Virus record (IMG/VR): IMGVR_UViG_3300031087_000514 | DNA length: 64,000 nt | Direction: 5' to 3' (one strand) | Source: a virus | Taxonomy: Duplodnaviria > Heunggongvirae > Uroviricota > Caudoviricetes | Part shown: piece after piece, positions 48,365-59,390 of the stretch | Numbering within the stretch: the first letter of the stretch is position 1 | How the letters are laid out: each line of letters starts with the position of its first letter | Notes under the pieces: generated by a model | Seen by the model: the letters and a program-made list of their open reading frames with translations, nothing else | Told to the model about the DNA's origin: nothing | Database searches by the model: none | Program-made: the position numbers and the translations under genes

Positions 48365-49804
48365 ATGTGTAGAAATAAAGAAGAAGGCGGTCGCCGCTGT
48401 ACCGATCACAATGCATTCGGACAGCAGATCAGAAACCTTCAAGCGAAAAAGCAGTATCATGCAAAATATGGTCACACTGACAAAGTAACTTCAGTTGTTG
48501 AAGAAATGGATGCTCTTCGTGACAAGAAGCAGCATCTTTTAGAAGATGGAGGAACTGTTCTTCCATACACGATGCCATTGACCCCGAATGCGGAAAGAGT
48601 CCTCAACCAGCTCCGTGAAGACGGGTATGAGCCTTATGTTGTTGGAGGAAGTGTTCGTGACGCTCTTCTCGGATTAGACTCCAAGGATGTTGACATTGAA
48701 GTCTACAAAGCTACACCAGAAGAAGTCATTGCTTCCCTTCGTAAAATTGGTCAAGTGGATGAAGTGGGTAAATCATTTGGTGTCTTGAAAATCCAAATTG
48801 GGGGAGAAGACTTTGATGTCTCTCTTCCTCGTAAAGACTCTAAAATTGGTGACGGACACAGAGGGTTCACTGTTGAAGTAACTCCTGAACTCTCACTCCA
48901 TGAAGCAACTGCTCGTCGCGATTTCACCATCAATGCTCTCATGTATGACAACGAAATGGGATTCATCGTTGACAAGCACGGTGGTTTGAAAGATTTGGAG
49001 AAAGGTCATCTCCGTCATGTTTCAGAAGCTTTTGATGAGGACCCGCTCCGTGTTCTTCGTGGAGTACAGATGGCTTCACGTTTTGATATGGAACTCCACC
49101 CAGACACAGTAGTCAAAGCTCAAACACTGAAAGACCAGTTCGGTGATTTGGCTCGAGAGCGCGTCCAAACTGAATTCCAGAAGCTGTACCAGAAAGGTAA
49201 AGCTCCTCACAAAGCGTTCAAGCTTTTGCAGGATACAGGTTGGGACGCAAACTTCTCTGGTGTTGCAGAAGTGAATGGAAAATCTCTGCGTCGTAATCTG
49301 CAAAGAACTCAGGAGTTGACTGACCAAGGAGTCATTCCTAAGGAGAAAGGTGCATACATCCTTTCAGCGAACATTGCATCTCATCTGAATGATAAAGATG
49401 CAAGAAACTTCTTGACATACACTACTGTTGGTGATGATTTGAAGAACAAGTCATACAACCTTTCTCGTGTTGAGCTACCAGTGAAGCAAGGAAAAGCTTC
49501 TTTGCGAGCATGGGCAAGAGGCATGCCTCGCCACGTCACCATTCAAGACTGGGTTCTACTCAGTAAAGCCAAAGGTGACAAGGAAGTAGCAGAGCGTATT
49601 GAACGCAAAGCAGAAAAACTTGGCATTTTGCACAGTCCTGAATCTGACATGGTATCAGGAGATGATGTACTTGCTGCTTTCCCTGAACGTAAACCAGGTC
49701 GTTGGATGAAAGAAGCCTTAGATGCAACGCGTAACGCTCAGTACTCTGACGTGTTCCGTGACCGCGAAAAAGGTATTGCCTGGGTCAAAGCAAACATTAG
49801 CTGA
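48365..49804 (+). CDS. cca: tRNA nucleotidyltransferase (CCA-adding enzyme) with about 60-aa N-terminal C-x9-C-x2-H extension
   Basis: VVGGSVRDALLGLDSKDVDIEV head motif; N-term MCRNKEEGGRRCTDHN; AGAAGGAAA RBS. Confidence 0.8.
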   Translation: MCRNKEEGGRRCTDHNAFGQQIRNLQAKKQYHAKYGHTDKVTSVVEEMDALRDKKQHLLEDGGTVLPYTMPLTPNAERVLNQLREDGYEPYVVGGSVRDALLGLDSKDVDIEVYKATPEEVIASLRKIGQVDEVGKSFGVLKIQIGGEDFDVSLPRKDSKIGDGHRGFTVEVTPELSLHEATARRDFTINALMYDNEMGFIVDKHGGLKDLEKGHLRHVSEAFDEDPLRVLRGVQMASRFDMELHPDTVVKAQTLKDQFGDLARERVQTEFQKLYQKGKAPHKAFKLLQDTGWDANFSGVAEVNGKSLRRNLQRTQELTDQGVIPKEKGAYILSANIASHLNDKDARNFLTYTTVGDDLKNKSYNLSRVELPVKQGKASLRAWARGMPRHVTIQDWVLLSKAKGDKEVAERIERKAEKLGILHSPESDMVSGDDVLAAFPERKPGRWMKEALDATRNAQYSDVFRDREKGIAWVKANIS

Positions 49805-49814
49805 CCTAAAAGAA

Positions 49815-49870
49815 TGAACACATGTGGGAGCAACTAAAGCTATACAGTTGCTCCCACATGTGTTATAGTA
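49815..49870. terminator. hairpin terminator
   Basis: 19-bp stem gaacacatgtgggagcaact/agttgctcccacatgtgtt. Confidence 0.65.
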
Positions 49871-49889
49871 GAGTTTTCTATAAGAAAGA

Positions 49890-50378
49890 TTGATCCATAT
49901 GCTTACAGAGTATCTCCGAGGTGAAAACAACGAGGCCGCTCTTGCTGCCCTTGCTATGCAGGAAGCGTTCAAGCTTCCCCGTGATGACGAAGCAATGGAA
50001 GCATTATATACAACAGTAGACCATGATTCACTCATCAAAGGATTAGTGTTCATTAGCTCCTGTATTGCTGTTGCTGTCACTAAAGATGAAACCCCGCATC
50101 GTTTCTACTCATTCTTCCGAGCAGCTCTTAACGGTGGTCCTCCTCTGGAAACTTATGAAGATGATGCTATTACGCTGATGGAAGCTTCCTTAGAGGATGA
50201 CGAAGCAATCTTTGAGTTAGTGCTCTGCTCAGTAACAAGCAAAGTGGAAGTCATTGCTGCATTATGCGCAACGAACGTTCACTTTGTTCAGAACTCTCCG
50301 TATGGTGATTTTAGTCAGAAGGTTTTCGACGCTATTCGCTCAACCCTGATTCAGGATTACCTGAAGGAAGACCTCTAA
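49890..50378 (+). CDS. hypothetical protein
   Basis: ORF 162 aa. Confidence 0.45.
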   Translation: MIHMLTEYLRGENNEAALAALAMQEAFKLPRDDEAMEALYTTVDHDSLIKGLVFISSCIAVAVTKDETPHRFYSFFRAALNGGPPLETYEDDAITLMEASLEDDEAIFELVLCSVTSKVEVIAALCATNVHFVQNSPYGDFSQKVFDAIRSTLIQDYLKEDL

Positions 50379-50395
50379 TCCGTTAGATATAATGC

Positions 50396-51211
50396 ATGGC
50401 GTTGTTCTCTCGGAAACATAAATGCAAAGCAGCTAACCCTGCTGCTTGCACTGATCCTCGTTGCCCAGATAAGAAAGTTCTTTTGCAAGCCTTTGAATCA
50501 GCTTTATCAGAAGGCGATTACCAGAAGATGTTCAACGCAAGGGACGAGATGGAAAAATTCAAGCCTATCTCCATTACTCCTGCGAGAACTCCTGAGGACT
50601 GGGACACGCTTCTTGTCAAGTCAGATGAGAACGAGTATAAAACTGTCAGCATTATGCCAAAGAAGCAAGCTGCTTCCTATGATACCAGTGTCATTCCTCA
50701 GTTCGATTCTTTCTCCGCCATTCAGGAGTACTTTTCCAAGGATAAGAATGTCTTGTTGAAATTGAAAAATTTGGATGAGCAGATGCCAGAAGCACAATGT
50801 ATCTCTCTGAGAGAGTTCTATGTTTCGCCTGCATTGAGAGGGCAAGGAGTCGGCAAATGGATTCTCAATATCATCACAAAGCATGCTGATGACCATGGAG
50901 CTATTCTCTTTTTGACTCCTACCTCGTCAGGTGACAATAAGCTTTCACCTGACCACGTGGATTATGTAAAACGTGCAGTTCAGCATCGTTCTCGTATCAC
51001 AGACTTCTACTCCAAGCATGGTTTCCAACAAAATCCTTTCTGGTTTCCTTGGGGTGGCAAAGATGAACTCACAAACGAACCATGGAATCCTGACAAGCAG
51101 GCTCAAACCCAATTCTCAGAGACCGCAAAAAACTATTTGAGCAACTACACTGTCGCCCAAATGATGAGAAAGCCAGCAGCGGGTTGGCCAAAGCCCTGGG
51201 TAACCCGCTAA
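50396..51211 (+). CDS. GNAT-family acetyltransferase with N-terminal C-x7-C-x-DPRCP motif
   Basis: RGQGVGKWIL motif A; N-term CKAANPAACTDPRCP; GTTAG box 50382-50395. Confidence 0.55.
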   Translation: MALFSRKHKCKAANPAACTDPRCPDKKVLLQAFESALSEGDYQKMFNARDEMEKFKPISITPARTPEDWDTLLVKSDENEYKTVSIMPKKQAASYDTSVIPQFDSFSAIQEYFSKDKNVLLKLKNLDEQMPEAQCISLREFYVSPALRGQGVGKWILNIITKHADDHGAILFLTPTSSGDNKLSPDHVDYVKRAVQHRSRITDFYSKHGFQQNPFWFPWGGKDELTNEPWNPDKQAQTQFSETAKNYLSNYTVAQMMRKPAAGWPKPWVTR

Positions 51212-51250
51212 AAGCTCTTACCATAGCTTATTCCGATAGAATGAGCTGAC

Positions 51251-52711
51251 ATGAGTATCCAGAATTCAGCAGCCGTTAAAACCAGAGTGCTTTCCTTATG
51301 GGAGCAGCCTCGTTTCTTTGTTGGTCTCATCCTTATTCTCATTACTTCATTTAGTTTGATCCGAGCCAGTTATTTCCCTGAAACAGATGTGTTATGGGGA
51401 GCCCGTAATGGGGAAGAACTTGTCAAAAATGGGTTTCATGTTTACATTGCAGATACCTGGAATCTTACAACATTAGGACGAGTCTGGTCACCAAATTCCT
51501 GGCTATGGAATGTTATTCTATTCCTCTTTTACCATGCGTTCGGAACTGTAGGGTTTGTGATCCTCACTGCCATCACAAATTTCTTAACATACCTGTTTAT
51601 TTTTCTGACTGCCAGAAAGCTCAAAGTTCCAGCTACCTGGCAGTTCCTCATTCTCATAGCTTCATGGGTTGTGTTGACTGCGTATATGAACGGTAGATCA
51701 AACGCCGCAGACGTGTTGATCCTGACAGGGTTTGTCTATCTGTCTTCTTTCTTACGCTTCAAAAACCCATTCATTACAGCATCCAGCATTATCGTAGGTT
51801 CTTTCGTCATCCAAGTACTGTGGCTGAACATCCATCTGACTGCAATATTAGGGTTAGTACTTCTTCCTGCTATCACATTTATTCTACAAAAGGGCAAGCC
51901 TTTCTGGAATAAGGCAGGCTTGGCAGTAGCTTCGCTTATTGGAACCGCGTCAGCTATGCTAGTTTCTCCTTTTGGGTTAGAAGGATTAGCGAAGACTCTG
52001 CAGACTCGAAACGAGTCAGTGAACTTCTTTGTAGAATGGTCCAACATTTTCTATACAGGAGAGCCGAACTGGCCAGTTATTATCATGCTGCTCATCGGAG
52101 TTGGGTTGAGTGTATACCTCATTACTCAGAAACAGTATCTTGTTGTAGCACTGTTTGCTGTGTTTATTTATGAATCGTACACCGCTATTCGGTTTGCTCC
52201 GTACCTGCTGGTTCTCTCATTAGCTTGTCTTGTCTACATCAAACGATGGAGTGAACCGAAATGGTTTAGTTTGTTGAAGTTTGTAGGCATTGTTATCTCA
52301 GTGATTATTATGGTGGTTGCGTTGGGTGTTGGGGCAAAAGCTGTTATTAACCCGAATAGTACTGTACCTGTGAATCCTATCCTTTTCAAGGAAATCCCAC
52401 AGAATGCTCATGTTGCAACAACGTGGCGTTCCAGTGCTGAACTTATTTTGTACCGCCCTGATACGAAAATCATTATTGACGGTAGGAATGATTTCATTGG
52501 GAAGAAGCAGTATAAAGAAGCAAATGATGTTTTCGCAAAGACAAGCACATTATACATCAAGAATTGGTTCGCCAAGTATGACATTGATACTGTTTTCGTA
52601 CCTGACTCTTCTTTGCCTGAGTACGAGAATATCATCAAACAGATGAAGAAACTTGGTTGGTCTGAACACCAGTATCAGCAATCAGTTACTTTTGTCGAAG
52701 TAAGCAAGTAA
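51251..52711 (+). CDS. polytopic membrane protein (about 11-12 TM + C-terminal soluble domain; glycosyltransferase/O-antigen-ligase-like topology)
   Basis: Hydropathy only. Confidence 0.5.
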   Translation: MSIQNSAAVKTRVLSLWEQPRFFVGLILILITSFSLIRASYFPETDVLWGARNGEELVKNGFHVYIADTWNLTTLGRVWSPNSWLWNVILFLFYHAFGTVGFVILTAITNFLTYLFIFLTARKLKVPATWQFLILIASWVVLTAYMNGRSNAADVLILTGFVYLSSFLRFKNPFITASSIIVGSFVIQVLWLNIHLTAILGLVLLPAITFILQKGKPFWNKAGLAVASLIGTASAMLVSPFGLEGLAKTLQTRNESVNFFVEWSNIFYTGEPNWPVIIMLLIGVGLSVYLITQKQYLVVALFAVFIYESYTAIRFAPYLLVLSLACLVYIKRWSEPKWFSLLKFVGIVISVIIMVVALGVGAKAVINPNSTVPVNPILFKEIPQNAHVATTWRSSAELILYRPDTKIIIDGRNDFIGKKQYKEANDVFAKTSTLYIKNWFAKYDIDTVFVPDSSLPEYENIIKQMKKLGWSEHQYQQSVTFVEVSK

Positions 52712-52788
52712 ACCCTCTAAAAATCAATGGTTGTGGGTCCGATAGGGATAAGTATAGCTTGTCGAAAAGAAAGATTTTTAGATCATCC

Positions 52789-53985
52789 ATGGTTACTCAC
52801 ACACTAATACAGCAGGACAACTTAGCATTTCTCAATGAAGAGGTTGAGAAGAACGTTTACAAGTTGCAACGCAATGTTGACACCATCTACATTGATCCTC
52901 CTTATAACACAGGGAACCATGAGGCAACAGGCTTCACATACAATGACGATTTTGGTAAAAATGCTGACCGTCATACTGCCTGGTTACAATTCATGAAGGA
53001 ACGCCTCGTTCCAGCTCGCACCTTACTGAAAAACACAGGAGTTGTTGTTATCTCCATTGATGATTCAGAGGTCCATCGTCTTCGCGTTCTCATGGATGAA
53101 ATTTTCGGTGAACAGAACTTTATCGCCCAGATCGTTGTTGATGGTGGAAATCCAAAGAACAACGCTCGTTTCCTATCTACTACTCATGAATACATGCTGG
53201 TATATGCCCGTTCAGCTCATGCGTTATATAAGTCAGGCGTGAAATGGCGTAAACGACGCGAAGGTATTGACAAGCTTCTCAAAGAGTATGAGCGCTCTAA
53301 GAAGCGCTACAAAGAAGACTACGAGCAGGTCACAGCTCATTTGAAGCAGTGGGTCAAAGGTCAGAAGCTTACCAAACGTCTGAAAGTGTTTTATAACGCT
53401 GATGCGAAAGGTTTGTACACCTATGCTGACTTGTCTGCGCCAGGAGCTGGGTTGCGGTACGAAGTTTTGCATCCAGTAACTGGTAAGCCTTCCCAGGTTC
53501 CTTCTCGAGGCTGGGGTTTGAGTGAAACCAAGTTCAAAGCGTTAGACGCTGCTGGTTTAGTACTGTACGGGAAAGATGAGACGGCACAGCCTTTGAAGAA
53601 GTTGTATTTGCAAGATAAGAAAGACCAAGTACAGAAAAGCATTCTTGAATACCCTTCACGCTCCTCAACTCATTTGTTAGAGAAGTTATTAGGTCGTCGT
53701 AGTTCATTCAACAACCCGAAGAATTTGCAGATGATGACAGATTTGATTGACCTCATCACACCTGAAGACGGAACCGTTCTGGACTTCTTCGCGGGTAGTG
53801 GAACAACAGGACATGCTGTTCTTGCATTGAACAATAAAGGTTCAAAGCGTAAGTTTGTTCTGGTTACAAACAATGAGAACAACATTTTCTACGATGTCAC
53901 AAAGCCTCGGTTAGAGAAAGCTGTTGAAGCTCTGAAATCAGAAGATGTTGTTAAAACTGTTGAACACGTCAATCATTTATCCTAA
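52789..53985 (+). CDS. DNA N6-adenine/N4-cytosine methyltransferase, beta class
   Basis: Motif IV DPPY precedes motif I FFAGSGTTG; start could also be TTG 52759. Confidence 0.8.
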   Translation: MVTHTLIQQDNLAFLNEEVEKNVYKLQRNVDTIYIDPPYNTGNHEATGFTYNDDFGKNADRHTAWLQFMKERLVPARTLLKNTGVVVISIDDSEVHRLRVLMDEIFGEQNFIAQIVVDGGNPKNNARFLSTTHEYMLVYARSAHALYKSGVKWRKRREGIDKLLKEYERSKKRYKEDYEQVTAHLKQWVKGQKLTKRLKVFYNADAKGLYTYADLSAPGAGLRYEVLHPVTGKPSQVPSRGWGLSETKFKALDAAGLVLYGKDETAQPLKKLYLQDKKDQVQKSILEYPSRSSTHLLEKLLGRRSSFNNPKNLQMMTDLIDLITPEDGTVLDFFAGSGTTGHAVLALNNKGSKRKFVLVTNNENNIFYDVTKPRLEKAVEALKSEDVVKTVEHVNHLS

Positions 53986-54021
53986 ACCGATTGTAGACAG
54001 GTATATAGAAAGAGAATTATT

Positions 54022-54624
54022 ATGAGTATTATCATCACTCCTAACCAGGTAGCTTCACGAGACAATCGTGCTCCTGCTCCTGCTACAAAGCCAGACGGTT
54101 CAGGTTTCCAATGGCGCATGTTCTACCAAAGCAACAGCATGATTGCTGATGTTGACTCAACCGCTGATGCTCTTGAAGTTCTTAGTTCAGGCTATGCTTC
54201 ATTGAGTACAGAAGAGAAGCTGGAAGACCGTATCCGTTTAGCTCAGACTGTCCAAATCAATGCCCGTAGCATCATCGCTTCACGCATTTCTCAGAAGACT
54301 GCTTCCGAACTCAAAGACTGGGAATGGGAGGTTCTCCTATATCAGGGTGACCCATATGGTTGGGGCAATGGTACAGGTAAACTGGGTGAGCAGGATGATG
54401 AGAGCTTAGATATTTGGTCTTCTGACATTCCATTAGTCCTCGTGTCAACCTCTTATGCGCCTCATACGGATATCATCAAACCCATTTCCATTGAAGGTGA
54501 TTATAAGGAAGTAAAGAACCTTATCTGGCTCCGTCCAGAGTATGAGTTAGAGTTTCTGCAAACACTTTCTCGCATTGGTTATATTACATTTGGCCGTCCA
54601 GCTGTAGAAGACGTTTACGCTTGA
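54022..54624 (+). CDS. hypothetical protein
   Basis: ORF 200 aa. Confidence 0.5.
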   Translation: MSIIITPNQVASRDNRAPAPATKPDGSGFQWRMFYQSNSMIADVDSTADALEVLSSGYASLSTEEKLEDRIRLAQTVQINARSIIASRISQKTASELKDWEWEVLLYQGDPYGWGNGTGKLGEQDDESLDIWSSDIPLVLVSTSYAPHTDIIKPISIEGDYKEVKNLIWLRPEYELEFLQTLSRIGYITFGRPAVEDVYA

Positions 54625-54701
54625 AGCATTTTCTGTAAAAGGACCAAAGTACACGCTTTACTTGATAGCTATAAAGCAAGCTAAACCCAGAAGGAAAATA
54701 C

Positions 54702-57700
54702 ATGTGTAATGCGATCCGTGATGGCGGTCAACGTTGTGCCGTCCACCAACACACAAGCACAGCTGCTATTCGTACAGTAGCAGCTCATACCGGATTAGAA
54801 GTCCGACAGGTTGAAAGTGTCTTCCGTGAACTCCGCCGTGAAGGTGGACGTAACGCTGCACCAGTGCCGCAATCAACCTTAGATGCCATTCAGACAGAGT
54901 TTCGCACCATTGCTGAGGCTTTACCTGTTCACGCTTTATATGAGCGTCAGATGGCTTCTGCTGCAGAAACCAATGAAGAACAGACTCCTCAGACTCACTA
55001 CGCTTTACAGCGTTTACTGACGCGTTCTACTGAACGTGCTGCGAGCTTACAGGATGCTTTCAACGACTTAGCAAACCGGACAGGATATGCCGCTGAGGAA
55101 CTTCGTTACCGGTATCAGACAGAGTATGCTGCTGTTCCAACAGGTAACGGTGTTGACATCCCAGAGGAAATGACCCCCGCAAACCGAGCACGAGCTCGCC
55201 GGTCAGGTCTTCCTTATGACCGTCCATCAGTTGTTGCTTTCGAACGCACTCGTGAGCTTGCAGAGAGAAATCATGTTTACGAGGAAGCTAACCGTCGTAT
55301 AACATCATGGGAATCTCCTAACGCTGAAAACTCAAGCATTGCAGTCATGGGTTATGATGAAGGGCGTTTGGAACTGTATTTCACAAACGCCCCTGAACAG
55401 CTATACTCTTACCAGAATGTTCCAGAAGACTTGTGGAACCGTCTACGTGAATCTCCTCGTCCAGGAATGATTTATTCACGTAGCATTAGTGGTAATGAAG
55501 AGTTCCAGTATGCCTCAGCAGCAGAAGCTGGACGCGATGCTTACCGTGTTCGCTGTGCAGCTTGTGGACAGTTCCGTGCCGCAGTTCATTCCTGCCCAGA
55601 ACGCGCTCATCGTGAGCGCTTAGTCCGCGCTGGATACACAACTGAGGAAATCGTTGAAGCTTTGGCCAACGGCACTGATGTTGTAGAAGAATCAGTTGCT
55701 TCTGAAACTTCTCATGAATTATTTGCTCGTATTCCTCAGGCCGATTCTGCCGATGAGTCGTCTGTCAGAGAGTTTATTGCTTCTGAACACTTCCAGGAGA
55801 GAATGCCATTCGGTCAAGCTGTCCAAACTGAAAATGGCCGTTGGGTCGTTGATTTAGTTGACTACTCAAACGAAGAGCAATCTGAGAACCCCTTCGGCGA
55901 CAATCGTTTCTTTGACTCTCGTTACAGCTCTATCAATAACCGTGGAACGTCTCGCTGGACTCATGACTTTGCAGACCGTGATAATCCTACCTCAGATGAA
56001 CTCATGGAAATTAGCCAGTACCATACTGCGTACAGAAGTTTATCTGGTGTTAGAACACTGCATTATGTTAACGTTGTGCGCGATAATTTACAAAGCATGG
56101 ATTTCCGCATGCCAGTTCAGGCAAGTTTCACAGGACTTAACTCTCCTGATGATTCAGGCCGCTACCTTCCCTCAGGTACAGTAACTGGGTCTTTGACTCT
56201 TGGACGTTTAGAAGAAGGAGAACGTCTTGAAGATGCTGTTGCCCGTGAGCGGAACTTGCGTTGTGATTGTGTCGACTACCAGGAAAATTACGACTGTATT
56301 CATGTTCGTACAGTAACTCGTAACCCTTATGTCTTCTTAGCAAACCGCAGTAACCAGTTTATTGAAGGTGAACACCTGCGCGATTACCGTTCAGGTTTCA
56401 TCACTGCGATTTCTGAAGAAGAAAGTATGCGCAGTTACATGCGTGATAACGGCATGACTCGTGAAGAAGCATCGGCAGCGATTGAAGCCGAACGCGCTGA
56501 GCGTCGCCGTATTGAAGAAGAGCAGCAAGCATATTACCAGGCTTCTCTTGCTGACCGTCGCCGTATTGACATGGAACGTGGTACTCGTAATGCACAACGT
56601 TTAGCTACAACTAATGCTGCGGTTATTGCTGAGAATGATGCTCATCGTGCTCGTATGGCTGCTCGTTGGGAAGAAGTTGAACCAGGTTACTCTGATAACG
56701 TGGATGCTTTGTACGAAGACTATGTGACCACTATGCGTCGTCGTCGTGCAGGTGAAGAAGTTCTTGATTACCGTACTGAGAATGTCACTGATGGTATTTG
56801 CTCTCCAGAACCTGGTGGACGTGCGTTTGGTGTTGAGTTAGAGTTCGATATTGACCCAAACACTAACCGTTATCAAGCTCTGCAAACAATTGCTCGTGAA
56901 CTCCACGAAGCAGGTCTTACTGAAAATGACTACCAGACCAGCTACCATTCTGCTCGCAGAAGTGGATGGGGTTCTTGGTCATTTGAAGAAGACTCCACTG
57001 TTTCAGGTGAACTCGTTTCTCCTATCATGCGAGATACTCCTGAACATTGGCAACAGTTGCAGACAGCTCTTGAAATCATCAAGCGTAATGGTGGAATCTC
57101 AACAACACGTACTGGTTCCCACGTTCACATTTCAACAGCATCATACGAATCCTCACCAGCAAAGCACATGGAACTTATTCGTCAGGTAAATGCTAACGAA
57201 GAAATGATGTATCGTTTAGCTTCTAGTCCCGAGCGTGGAAATCACCGTGGTATGCAATGGTGTGGTCCTAACGTAAATACAGGTGTAGATGATATCTCAG
57301 CTGATGTTTCCAGTGCGCATAACGTTATGCATGACCATGTTGGACATGGCTATGCTATGAACTTCGAGTCCACATATCAGCAGGATTACCGTCGTTCAAA
57401 CGTTGAATTCCGTATGTGGGACGGTACCCTTGATGCAGCTGTTATCCAGCGTCAAGTTATGGTTTCTGCTGCTATGACAGACTACGCTGAGCGTAATGTC
57501 ATTGAAAACGGTAGAACTTCTGCTGTTCCTCGTCAAACTGTCGGTGGAGAAAGAGAAGTTCAGCGACAGATTCATACTGGACGTGGACGGTTAAGTCGTG
57601 AACACTTTGAACAAACAATGGGAAACGCTCCTCAATTTATGGACAACCTATTCCGTCGTCAAGAGGACCGTCGTCGTGTTGCTGAGCTGTTCTCCATTAC

Positions 57701-57749
57701 CAATTGGGCTGATTACAGTGACAATTACGAGGAAGACTACGATTACTGA
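54702..57749 (+). CDS. 1015-aa multidomain protein: N-terminal C-x9-C-x2-H motif, internal C-x2-C...H-x-C cluster, C-terminal amidoligase-like (GS-like, GVELEF start) domain
   Basis: MCNAIRDGGQRCAVHQH; FGVELEFDID...RTGSHVHIS; AGAAGGAAAA RBS. Confidence 0.55.
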   Translation: MCNAIRDGGQRCAVHQHTSTAAIRTVAAHTGLEVRQVESVFRELRREGGRNAAPVPQSTLDAIQTEFRTIAEALPVHALYERQMASAAETNEEQTPQTHYALQRLLTRSTERAASLQDAFNDLANRTGYAAEELRYRYQTEYAAVPTGNGVDIPEEMTPANRARARRSGLPYDRPSVVAFERTRELAERNHVYEEANRRITSWESPNAENSSIAVMGYDEGRLELYFTNAPEQLYSYQNVPEDLWNRLRESPRPGMIYSRSISGNEEFQYASAAEAGRDAYRVRCAACGQFRAAVHSCPERAHRERLVRAGYTTEEIVEALANGTDVVEESVASETSHELFARIPQADSADESSVREFIASEHFQERMPFGQAVQTENGRWVVDLVDYSNEEQSENPFGDNRFFDSRYSSINNRGTSRWTHDFADRDNPTSDELMEISQYHTAYRSLSGVRTLHYVNVVRDNLQSMDFRMPVQASFTGLNSPDDSGRYLPSGTVTGSLTLGRLEEGERLEDAVARERNLRCDCVDYQENYDCIHVRTVTRNPYVFLANRSNQFIEGEHLRDYRSGFITAISEEESMRSYMRDNGMTREEASAAIEAERAERRRIEEEQQAYYQASLADRRRIDMERGTRNAQRLATTNAAVIAENDAHRARMAARWEEVEPGYSDNVDALYEDYVTTMRRRRAGEEVLDYRTENVTDGICSPEPGGRAFGVELEFDIDPNTNRYQALQTIARELHEAGLTENDYQTSYHSARRSGWGSWSFEEDSTVSGELVSPIMRDTPEHWQQLQTALEIIKRNGGISTTRTGSHVHISTASYESSPAKHMELIRQVNANEEMMYRLASSPERGNHRGMQWCGPNVNTGVDDISADVSSAHNVMHDHVGHGYAMNFESTYQQDYRRSNVEFRMWDGTLDAAVIQRQVMVSAAMTDYAERNVIENGRTSAVPRQTVGGEREVQRQIHTGRGRLSREHFEQTMGNAPQFMDNLFRRQEDRRRVAELFSITNWADYSDNYEEDYDY

Positions 57750-58379
57750 TTAGCGTAGGGTGGTTTCCAACGCTGACACAGAGTTCAGGTATTCTTCAAC
57801 ATCGGAGAACAAACCATCTGTGAACGCTGCGGAAACCATCCTTGCTTGTAATTGCAGCCCCATCTCGTCACCTGAAAGCTTTTTTGCTAACCCTGTCAGA
57901 GTGTAATCCTCTTTTGAAGGCACGCCCAAGTTGTGGATCAATTCTACTGCTGCTTGAATCTGTTTTTCATTGAGAGCTTTATCCTCTGACAGGGTTTTGT
58001 GCATCCATGAGGTGACATCAGCTTTCAATACGGCGTTTTGCTCGATGTAGTCTTCTTCTGTGGTAAGAAGCCAAGAGAAGCTACCTTCATTCTTCCACTC
58101 ATTGAGATTATGCTGGACTCCGATTGTATCAAGTCGCTCAATGAGTTCCGCTCCTGCAATGATGACAACATCGTTGATTGTTCCTGCTGGCTCAACCTCA
58201 GGCTGCCAAACGTACAGGTCTTCGCCTGGTTGCAATTCAGCTACTTCCCCGTTGTCGCCTTTGTAGATTGTTGTTCCATCTTCTTCTTTGTAGAAGGGTA
58301 CTGCGGTAACGAACGTGCCTACATTTGCAACTTGATTTGGAACGAACCCGTAAAGTGGGCGAGTGGTTGTATCTGTCAT
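57750..58379 (-). CDS. hypothetical protein
   Basis: ORF 209 aa convergent with and abutting the 1015-aa gene. Confidence 0.5.
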   Translation of the reverse strand: MTDTTTRPLYGFVPNQVANVGTFVTAVPFYKEEDGTTIYKGDNGEVAELQPGEDLYVWQPEVEPAGTINDVVIIAGAELIERLDTIGVQHNLNEWKNEGSFSWLLTTEEDYIEQNAVLKADVTSWMHKTLSEDKALNEKQIQAAVELIHNLGVPSKEDYTLTGLAKKLSGDEMGLQLQARMVSAAFTDGLFSDVEEYLNSVSALETTLR

Positions 58380-58546
58380 GAGAGAAGACTACCAAACTGT
58401 TGATGTTTAGAGGATTTTGAGAACTTTAATTATTTTTCGTCAATTTGACTGAAAAACTTGCCGATACTCTTTAAGAGTGATACACTAAGAACATAACGAA
58501 CGGGGTTACTTGAACGCCCGAGAAAAACAACAAGGAGCAAAAATTA

Positions 58547-59169
58547 TGTGGTACATCATCCACACCAATTATGACCTCACCGAAGGTCGCGGCTGGGAAA
58601 TTCCCACCACTATTACTCAGGACCGTAACGTCGCCCTCTGGTACGCTCACACCTATCGCCCATTCTACGGCCAGGTGCAGGGCATCCACACTGTACATGG
58701 TGCCGACAAGCTGACTTATGACCGTGAGCATGAATTCTTGAAGACCTACCCTCGTGGTGAAATTGTTGACCCTGAGTTGAACGCTCAGTGGAAGCAGTAC
58801 GAAAAGACTTTCACTGACCAGGGCAGGAAGTTGCCTGAACCTCCCATGAACCCTCAGACAGTGTATGTCGTCGGTTACGTAACGGACCCAGGTATTGGTG
58901 GGACAGTCATTCGGAACCAGTTCATGCCTGCCCAGTTCTTCACGGATTATAACGAAGCACAGCAGGCAGCTATTGCAGGCGCTGACGCAGGTAATAAAAT
59001 CTGGAACATCATTGCGTTGGAAACAGACACCTACTGTGGGACTCGTGCTATGGCGAAGGAACGTATCTTCACCTACCCTGTTCCGAAGCCTGCTATTGTT
59101 GAAACTGAACAGATTCAGCAGTATGATATTGATGAATTGACAGACCTGTTCACAGTAGGGGCGAAGTGA
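58547..59169 (+). CDS. hypothetical protein
   Basis: AAGGAG RBS before MWYIIHTNYD. Confidence 0.5.
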
Positions 59170-59170
59170 C

Positions 59171-59374
59171 ATGGCAAACAATAACGAATTCACAGTTGAG
59201 AATCTGCAACGGATTATCAACTTGATGAATCACGGAAAAACTGACTTGACAGGTGTGTCGGAAATGAACATCAAGTTCGCTCCGAATGTTTCAGGGCGAA
59301 TTGTCGCTAAGAATGATGACACATTTGTTTTCGTTCCCAACAGTCACCAAGACATTGACCAATTCGGTCGCTAA
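59171..59374 (+). CDS. hypothetical small protein
   Basis: ORF 67 aa. Confidence 0.4.
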   Translation: MANNNEFTVENLQRIINLMNHGKTDLTGVSEMNIKFAPNVSGRIVAKNDDTFVFVPNSHQDIDQFGR

Positions 59375-59390
59375 GATTTAGGAGAATATC

